Source: a virus. Taken from it: a DNA stretch of 35,109 nucleotides. This document shows, piece by piece, positions 27,715-35,109 of this stretch. The first letter of the stretch is position 1. The number at the start of each line of letters is the position of its first letter. The stretch lies in UHGV virus genome UHGV-0192935, one strand, 5' to 3'. A program made the position numbers and the translations under genes. Below the pieces are notes generated by a model. That model was not told the origin of the DNA, did no database searches, and was given only the letters and a program-made list of their open reading frames with translations.

Positions 27715-28295
27715 ATGATTCCGCCCTGAACCGCCTGCTGACACCGCTGATGCGTCGTGTGCGCCTGATGCTTGCGCGCGCTGTTGTTAACGTGATTAAC
27801 GACGGGCGAAAAGTTCAGAACCTGCAGGTCGGTCTGCTGGATGATGAGGAATCCGATGAAGTGGAGCGCCTGCAAAATTACGGACATTTCAGCGTTCCCC
27901 TGCCGGGCGCAGAGGCGCTGATTGCCTGTGTAGGCGCACAACGTGATCAGGGGATTGCTGTTGTGGTGGAAGACCGCCGCTACCGCCCGACAAATCTTGA
28001 ATCGGGTGATGCAGGCATTTACCACCATGAGGGGCATCGTATCAGGCTGACAAAGGACGGACGCTGCATCATTACCTGTAAAACGGTCGAGGTTTACGCT
28101 GATGAAAGTATGACCGTTGACACACCCAGAACCACGTTTACCGGCGACGTTGAGATCCAGAAAGGCCTCAGCGTTAAAGGTGAAAGTGACTTTGCAGGCA
28201 ATATCAGCGCCCCGGATGCCATCATCAATGGCAAATCGACGGATAAGCATATCCACCGTGGCGACAGCGGCGGAACCACGGGGCCGATGCAATGA
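27702..28295 (+). CDS. Q: Baseplate central spike protein Q (Mu gp45)
   Basis: 197-aa ORF. The start is a GTG overlapping the P end; exact start uncertain. Confidence 0.75.
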   Translation: MERVNDSALNRLLTPLMRRVRLMLARAVVNVINDGRKVQNLQVGLLDDEESDEVERLQNYGHFSVPLPGAEALIACVGAQRDQGIAVVVEDRRYRPTNLESGDAGIYHHEGHRIRLTKDGRCIITCKTVEVYADESMTVDTPRTTFTGDVEIQKGLSVKGESDFAGNISAPDAIINGKSTDKHIHRGDSGGTTGPMQ

Positions 28296-28729
28296 CCGAT
28301 TTAGCCATTATCTGGACGAACGGACGCGGCGATATTGCACAGGATGGCATTGATATGCTGACCGACGACAGCCTGACAACCGATGTGACAATCTCCCTGT
28401 TTACAGACCGGCGCGCGCTGGATTCTGACACGCTGCCGGATGGTTCAGATGATCGCCGTGGATGGTGGGGTGACAGTTACCGCGACCGCCCCATCGGTTC
28501 GCGGTTGTGGCTGTTATCACGTGAAAAAGCCACGCCGGATACGCTGGAACGCGCCAGAGGGTATGCCGAAGAGGCGCTGGAATGGCTGAAAACAGCGGGC
28601 CGGGTAAGTGCGATTAACGTCAGAGCGGAACAGTTACATCAGGGCTGGTTATACCTCTACATTGCACTGACATTACCGGATGGTTCCGTTATTCCTTATG
28701 AGTTTAAAGCAGCATTTAACGGGGTTTAA
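28292..28729 (+). CDS. V: Baseplate wedge protein V (gp25/GPW-like, Mu gp46)
   Basis: 145 aa. ATGA overlap with the upstream stop. Confidence 0.8.
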   Translation: MTDLAIIWTNGRGDIAQDGIDMLTDDSLTTDVTISLFTDRRALDSDTLPDGSDDRRGWWGDSYRDRPIGSRLWLLSREKATPDTLERARGYAEEALEWLKTAGRVSAINVRAEQLHQGWLYLYIALTLPDGSVIPYEFKAAFNGV

Positions 28730-29812
28730 ATGGCTTATTCACCACCGACATTATCATCGCTGATTGCCCGTACAGAACAGAATATTGAACAGCGCCTGCC
28801 GGGTAGCTGGCCTCAGGCCCGTGAAAAAACGCTGAGTGCCATTGCTTATGCTCAGGCGGGCCTTGCTGCCGGTTGTCACGAGCATATTTCATGGGTTGGA
28901 CGGCAGATTATCCCGTCGACAGCAGATGAAGATGAGTTGCTGGAGCACTGCCGGTTCTGGGGCGTGCGCCGCAAACAGGCGACAGCCGCCAGCGGCCCGC
29001 TGACTGTCACCACATCGGCAGCGACCACCATTCCTGCCGGTACACGCTGGCAGCGTGCTGATGGTGTGGTTTACAGCCTGGCTGATGCCATTGTGATTGA
29101 CCGTGCAGGAACGACGGAAATTACCGTTACCGCACTGGCTGCCGGTGAAGCAGGAAATACCGGTGAGAATACCCTTTTAACGTTGATCACCCCGGTTGCC
29201 TGTGTTGTTTCCGATGCCATCACTGTAAAAGGGTTTTCCGGTGGGGCTGATATTGAGAGTGCAGCGGAGCTGCTGTCACGGCTGGAATATCGTGTCCAGT
29301 ACCCTCCGTTCGGCGGTAATCAGTTTGATTATGTTCGCTGGGCACGTGAAGTCAGCGGCGTTACCCGTGCCTGGTGTTTTCCGACATGGAAAGGCGGTGG
29401 CACAGTCGGGGTGACGTTTGTTATGGATAACCGGAGCAATATTTTTCCACAACCGGCAGACGTGGAACGCGTGGCGGATTATATCGCCGGTCATACTGAC
29501 CCGATCACCGGTCTGATTGTCGGACAGCCTGACGGTGTAAATGTCACTGTATTTGCGCCAAAGGCAAAGCCGGTAAATCCACGGATTTATATATCACCGA
29601 AGACAGCCGAACTAAAACAGGCTATTACCCACGCCATTAATACCATGTTTTTTAATGAGGTGACGCCGGGCGGCGCACTTGCCCCCTCCCGTATTATCCG
29701 TGCGGTGGCAGGTGTTACCGGTCTGGATGATTTTGAAGTGCGTTTCCCGACAGAGATCCAGCGTTCGGAGAATACGGAACTGTTAACACCGGGGACAATT
29801 GAATGGCTGTAA
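28730..29812 (+). CDS. W: Baseplate wedge protein W (J-like, Mu gp47)
   Basis: 360 aa. Starts 1 nt after the V stop. Confidence 0.8.
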   Translation: MAYSPPTLSSLIARTEQNIEQRLPGSWPQAREKTLSAIAYAQAGLAAGCHEHISWVGRQIIPSTADEDELLEHCRFWGVRRKQATAASGPLTVTTSAATTIPAGTRWQRADGVVYSLADAIVIDRAGTTEITVTALAAGEAGNTGENTLLTLITPVACVVSDAITVKGFSGGADIESAAELLSRLEYRVQYPPFGGNQFDYVRWAREVSGVTRAWCFPTWKGGGTVGVTFVMDNRSNIFPQPADVERVADYIAGHTDPITGLIVGQPDGVNVTVFAPKAKPVNPRIYISPKTAELKQAITHAINTMFFNEVTPGGALAPSRIIRAVAGVTGLDDFEVRFPTEIQRSENTELLTPGTIEWL

Positions 29813-30345
29813 CACCCTATCAGACGGCCTTTCTGCAATTACTGCCGTCAGGGCTTGCCTGGAATAAAAGCCCCGACAGCAAATTATCTGCGCTGGCGCA
29901 GGCCATCAGTGACGTGATTGCCACTGCGGCGGATGATGCGCGGCAAATGCTGCGGGAGCGTTTCCCGTCCACATCCCGCTGGTATCTGGGTGAGTGGGAA
30001 TCATTTCTGGGGTTGCCGGACTGTACAAGCGAAAACGGCACCCTGTCCGAACGCCAGCGGGCTGCCGCGAATAAAATGCGTATGACCGGCAATCTGAGTC
30101 GGCGCTTTTATGAATGGCTGGCTGCGCAGTACGGTTTTACCGTCAGGCTGACGGATTCCACAGAAGGCCAGTGGGTTACGCAGGTCAATATTTACGGTAT
30201 TAAAAATTATCGCAACGCAACGGTGCTGGATAATGTTCTGACGCCGTTACGTGTTTATGAATCGGGTGCGCTGGAATGTTTACTGGAGAAATATAAACCC
30301 GCGCATCAGATTTATAAATTTGTTTACCATGACGGAGATAACTAA
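29803..30345 (+). CDS. R: Baseplate / tail-fibre attachment protein R (Mu gp48)
   Basis: 180 aa. Overlaps the W end and precedes the tail-fibre gene. Confidence 0.78.
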   Translation: MAVTPYQTAFLQLLPSGLAWNKSPDSKLSALAQAISDVIATAADDARQMLRERFPSTSRWYLGEWESFLGLPDCTSENGTLSERQRAAANKMRMTGNLSRRFYEWLAAQYGFTVRLTDSTEGQWVTQVNIYGIKNYRNATVLDNVLTPLRVYESGALECLLEKYKPAHQIYKFVYHDGDN

Positions 30346-31562
30346 TGTTTTATATTGATAACGACAGCGGCGTAACCGTCATGCCGCCCGTATCCGCCCA
30401 GCGTAGTGCTATCGTTCGCTGGTTTTCAGAAGGTGACGGGAATAATGTTATCACATGGCCCGGCATGGACTGGTTTAATATTGTGCAGGCGGAGTTATTA
30501 AACACGCTGGAAGAAGCCGGTATTCAACCGGATAAAACAAAATTAAACCAGCTTGCACTGTCCATTAAAGCCATTATGAGCAATAACGCGCTGCTGATAA
30601 AAAATAACCTCAGCGAAATTAAAACTGCCGGGGCATCAGCACAGCGTACAGCACGTGAAAATCTGGATATCTATGATGCCAGCCTGAACAAAAAAGGACT
30701 CGTTCAGCTAACCAGTGCCACTGACAGCCCCAGTGAAACGCTGGCAGCCACCGCAAAAGCGGTGAAAATTGCGATGGATAATGCCAATGCCCGTCTGGCA
30801 AAAGACCGGAACGGAGCAGATATTCCCAATAAGCCGCTGTTTATCCAAAACGTCGGTTTACGAGAACTCGGCACAAGCGGGGAGAAAATACCGTTACTCA
30901 GTACAGCGAATACCTGGACCAATCGACAAACATTCAGCGGTGGCCTTTCTGGTGAACTATCCGGCAATGCTTCTACAGCTGCAAAATTAAAAACTGCCAG
31001 GAAAATAAGCAATGTGGCTTTTGATGGTTCCTCCGATATCACATTAAAAGCAGGTCATGTTGGTGCGTTTGCCTTAGGGAAAACAGGAAGCACCGTTGCG
31101 AATGATAAAGCAGTTGGATGGAACTGGAGTAGCGGAGCCTATAACGCAGCTATTAGTGGTGCATCAACGTTAATTATTCATTTTTATATGGGAGAAGGAA
31201 GTTGTCCTGCAGCTCAGTTTCGGATTAATTATAAAAATGGCGGTATTTTTTATCGTTCAGCCCGTGATGGTTATGGTTTTGAAGCCGACTGGTCCGAATT
31301 TTACACCACCACCAGAAAACCTTCAGCAGGAGATGTTGGTGCATATACTAAAGCGGAATGTAATTCACGATTTATTACAGGTGTCCGTTTAGGAGGACTG
31401 TCATCTGTTCAGACATGGAATGGTCCCGGCTGGTCTGACAGGTCAGGTTATGTCGTTACGGGTTCAGTTAACGGAAACCGTGATGAATTAATTGATACAA
31501 CTCAGGCAAGGCCAATTCAGTATTGCATTAATGGGACGTGGTATAACGCGGGGAGTATTTAA
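30345..31562 (+). CDS. S: Tail fibre protein S (constant part 30345-30854 fused to the variable part currently in the expressed orientation)
   Basis: 405 aa. gixL (30841-30866) lies inside the ORF. Ends with the motif RPIQYCINGTWYN shared with the inverted S' segment. Confidence 0.85.
   Translation: MFYIDNDSGVTVMPPVSAQRSAIVRWFSEGDGNNVITWPGMDWFNIVQAELLNTLEEAGIQPDKTKLNQLALSIKAIMSNNALLIKNNLSEIKTAGASAQRTARENLDIYDASLNKKGLVQLTSATDSPSETLAATAKAVKIAMDNANARLAKDRNGADIPNKPLFIQNVGLRELGTSGEKIPLLSTANTWTNRQTFSGGLSGELSGNASTAAKLKTARKISNVAFDGSSDITLKAGHVGAFALGKTGSTVANDKAVGWNWSSGAYNAAISGASTLIIHFYMGEGSCPAAQFRINYKNGGIFYRSARDGYGFEADWSEFYTTTRKPSAGDVGAYTKAECNSRFITGVRLGGLSSVQTWNGPGWSDRSGYVVTGSVNGNRDELIDTTQARPIQYCINGTWYNAGSI
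30841..30866 (+). repeat. gixL crossover site
   Basis: ttatccaaaacgtcggtttacgagaa; central dinucleotide tc. Matches the reverse complement of gixR at 22 of 26 positions. Confidence 0.8.
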
Positions 31563-31564
31563 CG

Positions 31565-32098
31565 ATGATGCACTTAAAAAACATTACTGCTGGCAACCCT
31601 AAAACAAAAGAGCAATACCAGCTAACGAAACAATTTAACATCAAATGGCTTTATTCAGAGGATGGAAAAAACTGGTATGAGGAACAAAAGAATTTCCAGC
31701 CAGACACTTTGAAAATGGTCTATGACCATAACGGCGTTATTATTTGTATTGAAAAGGATGTTTCAGCAATTAATCCGGAAGGCGCAAGCGTCGTTGAATT
31801 ACCTGATATTACAGCAAATCGCCGTGCTGACATTTCGGGTAGATGGATGTTCAAAGATGGCGTAGTGGTAAAGCGAACTTATACCGAGGAAGAGCAGAGG
31901 CAGCAGGCGGAAAATGAAAAGCAAAGCCTGCTACAGCTCGTCAGGGATAAAACCCAGCTATGGGACTCACAGCTACGGCTGGGCATCATTTCCGACGAGA
32001 ATAAACAAAAATTAACCGAGTGGATGCTCTATGCGCAGAAAGTCGAATCTACAGACACCTCCAGCCTGCCAGTAACATTTCCCGAACAACCTGAATGA
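31565..32098 (+). CDS. U: Tail fibre assembly protein U (currently expressed orientation)
   Basis: 177 aa. Paralogous to the - strand U' (shared [22 protein letters not shown]...DITANRRAD). Confidence 0.85.
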   Translation: MMHLKNITAGNPKTKEQYQLTKQFNIKWLYSEDGKNWYEEQKNFQPDTLKMVYDHNGVIICIEKDVSAINPEGASVVELPDITANRRADISGRWMFKDGVVVKRTYTEEEQRQQAENEKQSLLQLVRDKTQLWDSQLRLGIISDENKQKLTEWMLYAQKVESTDTSSLPVTFPEQPE

Positions 32099-32101
32099 GA
32101 C

Positions 32102-32128
32102 AAGGCCCGATAGCGGGCCTTAATTTTT
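32102..32128 (+). terminator. Hairpin terminator between the convergent U and U' genes
   Basis: aggcccg-atag-cgggcct followed by taattttta on the + strand. Overlaps the U' stop codon. Confidence 0.65.
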
Positions 32129-32654
32129 ATTCAGGCTTTTGTGGCCATTCGGGATTTGCTGTATCCACACGGCTGACCAGAACGCTGTAGCGTTCCCATG
32201 ACTCCAGTCGTGTGCGTTCCTCATCCGTCGCCATATTCAGCCTGACAGCGCGTTCCAGTGGCTGAATAACGCTTTCAGCTTCAGAAAGCAACGCGACCTT
32301 TTGTGATTCGGCCTGTTGTTGCTGTTCGTCTGCTGTATAAATCCGCTTAACCACAGTTCCGTCCTTAAACATCCACTTCCCTGAATCATCGGCACGACGA
32401 TTGGCTGTTATATCTGGAATCTCAACGACACTAAAGCCTTCGGGATTAAGCGTTGAGGCATCTTTGGTTATGGCAACAATAATATTATTTTCGTCGTATA
32501 CAATCTTTATGGTGTCGTCCTGAAAGTTATTTACTTCCTCATACCAGTTTTTACCGTCTTCGGACCATAACCAGATAACATCAAAATTCTTTGTTAGCTG
32601 ATATTGTTCTTTTGTTTTTGGATTTCCGGACTTAATATTTTTTAAATGCTGCAT
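32127..32654 (-). CDS. U': Tail fibre assembly protein U' (alternative host-range module, silent in this orientation)
   Basis: 175 aa on the - strand inside the invertible segment. Paralogue of U. Confidence 0.8.
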   Translation of the reverse strand: MQHLKNIKSGNPKTKEQYQLTKNFDVIWLWSEDGKNWYEEVNNFQDDTIKIVYDENNIIVAITKDASTLNPEGFSVVEIPDITANRRADDSGKWMFKDGTVVKRIYTADEQQQQAESQKVALLSEAESVIQPLERAVRLNMATDEERTRLESWERYSVLVSRVDTANPEWPQKPE

Positions 32655-32657
32655 AAT

Positions 32658-33530
32658 TTACACCTGTGCGACGTTATACCATGTGCCATTGATGTATTTT
32701 TGTATTGGTCTGAAGATGGCTTCATCATCGCCATCTACTTCACCAATGATTCTTAATCCGGTAATTGCGTGTCCGGCTTTTTCATAACGACCACCACGCG
32801 CCATCAATTGAACAACACGCGTACCCAGGCGAACATCTTTTACATAGCGTGAATCAAAATTCCCCCAGTTGCTGGGCTGTATCTGACCGTTAACAGAAAA
32901 TATTACCGAGTTATCTGTATTTCGCTGGCTATAGAAATGCCATCCTGCCTCATCGCCTAACTCTGCAACTACTGGACGGGTTGAAGCACCCCATAAATTA
33001 AACGTTGCATTCTTTGTGGAGTTGTTGGAGCTGGATAGCGTGAATTTTTTACCATCCCCGGCCTGAATATTTTTAAAAGCAATAGCCACTCCATTCTGAA
33101 AGCGGAATACACGCTGACTATTAGCATAAACATCCAGAATACCGTCTCCATTCTGTTTAAATCCGGTGTCATTATCACCAAGAACAATAGAGCTACCACC
33201 TAACGCATTCGTCGAACCAACTCCAAGACTGCCATTAATGACGGCATTTACCAGAATATTTAGTGCATCCCATTTCAGCGTCATCAGGTCTTTTGTTGTG
33301 GTGCTCTGGCGGCTTCTCCATTTGAAATATTCATTGCCGTTGTCGCCTGTTTCAAACCACATGTATGAATCAGTGTCACCATCAGCATCATTTTTAAATC
33401 CAATCTTCGCCCAGTCAGTATTTCGAATCCAGGCAAGGATTGAGTCATTTTCAAAAGTAAGCCCACCGGACAAGGTATCGCCATTTTTTTGCACGGCGTT
33501 ACCAGCCCTGTTTACCGTTTCCTGTAAACC
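32658..33530 (-). CDS. S': S' variable tail-fibre segment (no start of its own; fuses to the S constant part after G inversion)
   Basis: The - strand frame is open from the gixR core down to the stop at 32658. I checked by hand that it continues the S frame across the gix crossover (junction reads ...FIQNV-GLQETVNRAGNAVQKNGD...), predicting a 460-aa S'. Confidence 0.75.
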   Translation of the reverse strand, partial: GLQETVNRAGNAVQKNGDTLSGGLTFENDSILAWIRNTDWAKIGFKNDADGDTDSYMWFETGDNGNEYFKWRSRQSTTTKDLMTLKWDALNILVNAVINGSLGVGSTNALGGSSIVLGDNDTGFKQNGDGILDVYANSQRVFRFQNGVAIAFKNIQAGDGKKFTLSSSNNSTKNATFNLWGASTRPVVAELGDEAGWHFYSQRNTDNSVIFSVNGQIQPSNWGNFDSRYVKDVRLGTRVVQLMARGGRYEKAGHAITGLRIIGEVDGDDEAIFRPIQKYINGTWYNVAQV

Positions 33531-33544
33531 GAGGTTTTAGATAA
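33519..33544 (+). repeat. gixR crossover site
   Basis: ttcctgtaaaccgaggttttagataa; central dinucleotide ga. Lies 55 bp upstream of the gin start. Confidence 0.8.
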
Positions 33545-33598
33545 TGGCTGTTTCCGGCCTGCATGGCATGATTTGCGCTTTTAAACGGGAGATCCAGA

Positions 33599-34180
33599 GT
33601 GCTGATTGGCTATGTAAGGGTATCAACAAATGACCAGAATACAGACCTGCAACGAAACGCTCTTGTTTGTGCAGGATGTGAACAAATATTTGAAGATAAA
33701 TTAAGCGGAACAAGGACAGACAGACCTGGATTAAAACGCGCTTTAAAGCGTCTTCAAAAAGGTGACACACTGGTTGTCTGGAAACTGGATCGCCTCGGGC
33801 GAAGCATGAAACATTTGATTTCTCTCGTAGGGGAATTACGAGAGCGAGGGATTAATTTTCGCAGTCTTACTGACAGTATTGATACGTCATCTCCAATGGG
33901 GCGTTTTTTCTTCCACGTTATGGGTGCCCTGGCTGAGATGGAACGAGAACTAATCATCGAGAGAACGATGGCTGGACTTGCTGCTGCCAGAAATAAAGGC
34001 CGTATCGGTGGGCGACCACCTAAACTAACCAAAGCGGAATGGGAGCAGGCCGGGCGTTTATTAGCACAAGGAATCCCCCGCAAGCAGGTCGCATTGATCT
34101 ACGATGTGGCCCTGTCAACGCTGTATAAAAAACACCCCGCCAAACGAACGCATATAGAAAACGACGATCGAATCAATTGA
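33599..34180 (+). CDS. gin: Gin serine recombinase (DNA invertase)
   Basis: 193 aa from a GTG start. N-terminal MLIGYVRVSTNDQ with the catalytic Ser context typical of resolvase/invertase family enzymes. C-terminal HTH. Confidence 0.93.
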   Translation: MLIGYVRVSTNDQNTDLQRNALVCAGCEQIFEDKLSGTRTDRPGLKRALKRLQKGDTLVVWKLDRLGRSMKHLISLVGELRERGINFRSLTDSIDTSSPMGRFFFHVMGALAEMERELIIERTMAGLAAARNKGRIGGRPPKLTKAEWEQAGRLLAQGIPRKQVALIYDVALSTLYKKHPAKRTHIENDDRIN

Positions 34181-34274
34181 ATCGATCGGTAATACAGATC
34201 GATTATGCCCCAATAACCACACTCAACCCACGATGTTTTTTAAGATAGTGGCGAATTGATGCAAAGGAGGTGAG
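34160..34274 (+). promoter_or_regulatory. Pmom regulatory region: three clustered GATC (Dam) sites, C-activator motif, T6 spacer tract and -10
   Basis: GATC at 34166, 34184 and 34197. ccccaataacc at 34208-34218. T6 at 34236-34241, then taagat. AAGGAGG SD before com. Confidence 0.8.
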
Positions 34275-34463
34275 ATGAAATCAATTCGCTGTAAAAACTG
34301 CAACAAACTGTTATTTAAGGCGGATTCCTTTGATCACATTGAAATCAGGTGTCCGCGTTGCAAACGTCACATCATAATGCTGAATGCCTGCGAGCATCCC
34401 ACGGAGAAACATTGTGGGAAAAGAGAAAAAATCACGCATTCTGACGAAACCGTGCGTTATTGA
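34275..34463 (+). CDS. com: Com, zinc-finger translational activator of mom
   Basis: 62 aa with CKNC ... CPRC zinc-finger pairs. Overlaps the 5' end of mom. Confidence 0.92.
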   Translation: MKSIRCKNCNKLLFKADSFDHIEIRCPRCKRHIIMLNACEHPTEKHCGKREKITHSDETVRY

Positions 34464-35109
34464 GTATGAAGGCCAGATTGTTGGCTATGGTTCAAAGGAA
34501 CTGCGCGTTGAAACCATATCCTGCTGGCTGGCCCGCACAATTATTCAGACAAAGCACTATTCCCGCCGTTTTGTGAATAACTCTTACCTCCACCTGGGAG
34601 TATTCAGCGGACGCGATCTGGTTGGCGTTCTCCAGTGGGGATATGCCCTTAACCCCAACTCAGGTCGTCGTGTCGTGCTTGAAACGGATAACCGGGGCTA
34701 TATGGAGTTGAATCGCATGTGGCTACACGACGACATGCCCCGCAACTCTGAATCACGGGCCATCAGCTACGCGCTGAAAGTTATCAGATTACTGTATCCG
34801 TCAGTGGAGTGGGTTCAGTCATTTGCTGACGAACGCTGCGGACGCGCAGGCGTTGTGTATCAGGCGTCGAATTTTGATTTTATTGGCAGCCATGAAAGCA
34901 CGTTCTACGAGCTGGATGGTGAGTGGTATCACGAGATAACGATGAACGCGATTAAGCGGGGTGGACAACGAGGCGTGTATTTACGGGCTAATAAAGAGCG
35001 TGCCGTGGTGCACAAATTTAATCAGTATCGCTACATCAGATTCCTGAACAAGCGAGCAAGGAAGCGGCTAAATACCAAACTATTCAGGGTTCAGCCATAC
35101 CCTAAGTGA
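34414..35109 (+). CDS. mom: Mom, DNA modification enzyme (anti-restriction adenine modification)
   Basis: Open frame from 34384 (ATG) to 35109. The start is given at in-frame GTG 34414 (231 aa) from my recollection of the Mu Mom length; ATG 34384 (241 aa) is the alternative. The start region lies inside com. Confidence 0.85.
   Translation: MGKEKKSRILTKPCVIEYEGQIVGYGSKELRVETISCWLARTIIQTKHYSRRFVNNSYLHLGVFSGRDLVGVLQWGYALNPNSGRRVVLETDNRGYMELNRMWLHDDMPRNSESRAISYALKVIRLLYPSVEWVQSFADERCGRAGVVYQASNFDFIGSHESTFYELDGEWYHEITMNAIKRGGQRGVYLRANKERAVVHKFNQYRYIRFLNKRARKRLNTKLFRVQPYPK

Larger units (their letters stand above)
30841..33544. mobile_element. Invertible G segment (2704 bp, Gin-mediated site-specific inversion, host-range switch)
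   Basis: Bounded by 26-bp inverted repeats gixL and gixR. Contains convergent S-variable/U and U'/S'-variable modules. gin lies immediately to the right. Confidence 0.88.

Noticed and set aside
1-35109. CRISPR array, tRNA or rRNA genes, integrase or att sites
   Set aside because: No regularly spaced direct repeats, no cloverleaf-like tRNA candidates noticed, and no tyrosine or serine integrase other than the Gin invertase. Mu-type phages integrate by transposition, and the transposon ends lie outside this window.

Overview
This window is the internal ~35.1 kb of a Mu/D108-type transposable bacteriophage (prophage), read left to right on the + strand. It runs from the start codon of transposase A to the stop codon of mom, so the repressor c, ner and both att ends lie outside it. 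Gene order is: A and B transposition genes; a semi-essential early region (putative kil, gam and about ten small ORFs); gemA-mor; the middle gene C; a lysis cassette (SAR endolysin plus overlapped spanins); terminase, portal and head genes; tail sheath, tube, tape-measure and baseplate genes; the invertible G segment (S-U and U'-S' tail-fibre modules between 26-bp gix inverted repeats); gin; and the com-mom DNA-modification operon. Order, sizes and spacing match canonical Mu almost gene for gene, as far as I can recall it, so I see no room for a large inserted cargo or defence island and I do not claim a novel multi-gene system. The non-canonical signals are small: an opposite-strand 88-codon ORF with a strong Shine-Dalgarno in the gap before gemA, a duplicated translation-initiation module in the mor-C gap, a D108-like divergent N-terminus on A, and uncharacterised Cys-rich and HTH-like early ORFs. 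No tRNA, rRNA or CRISPR array was seen. Product names rest on my recognition of Mu proteins and on synteny, not on any database search.
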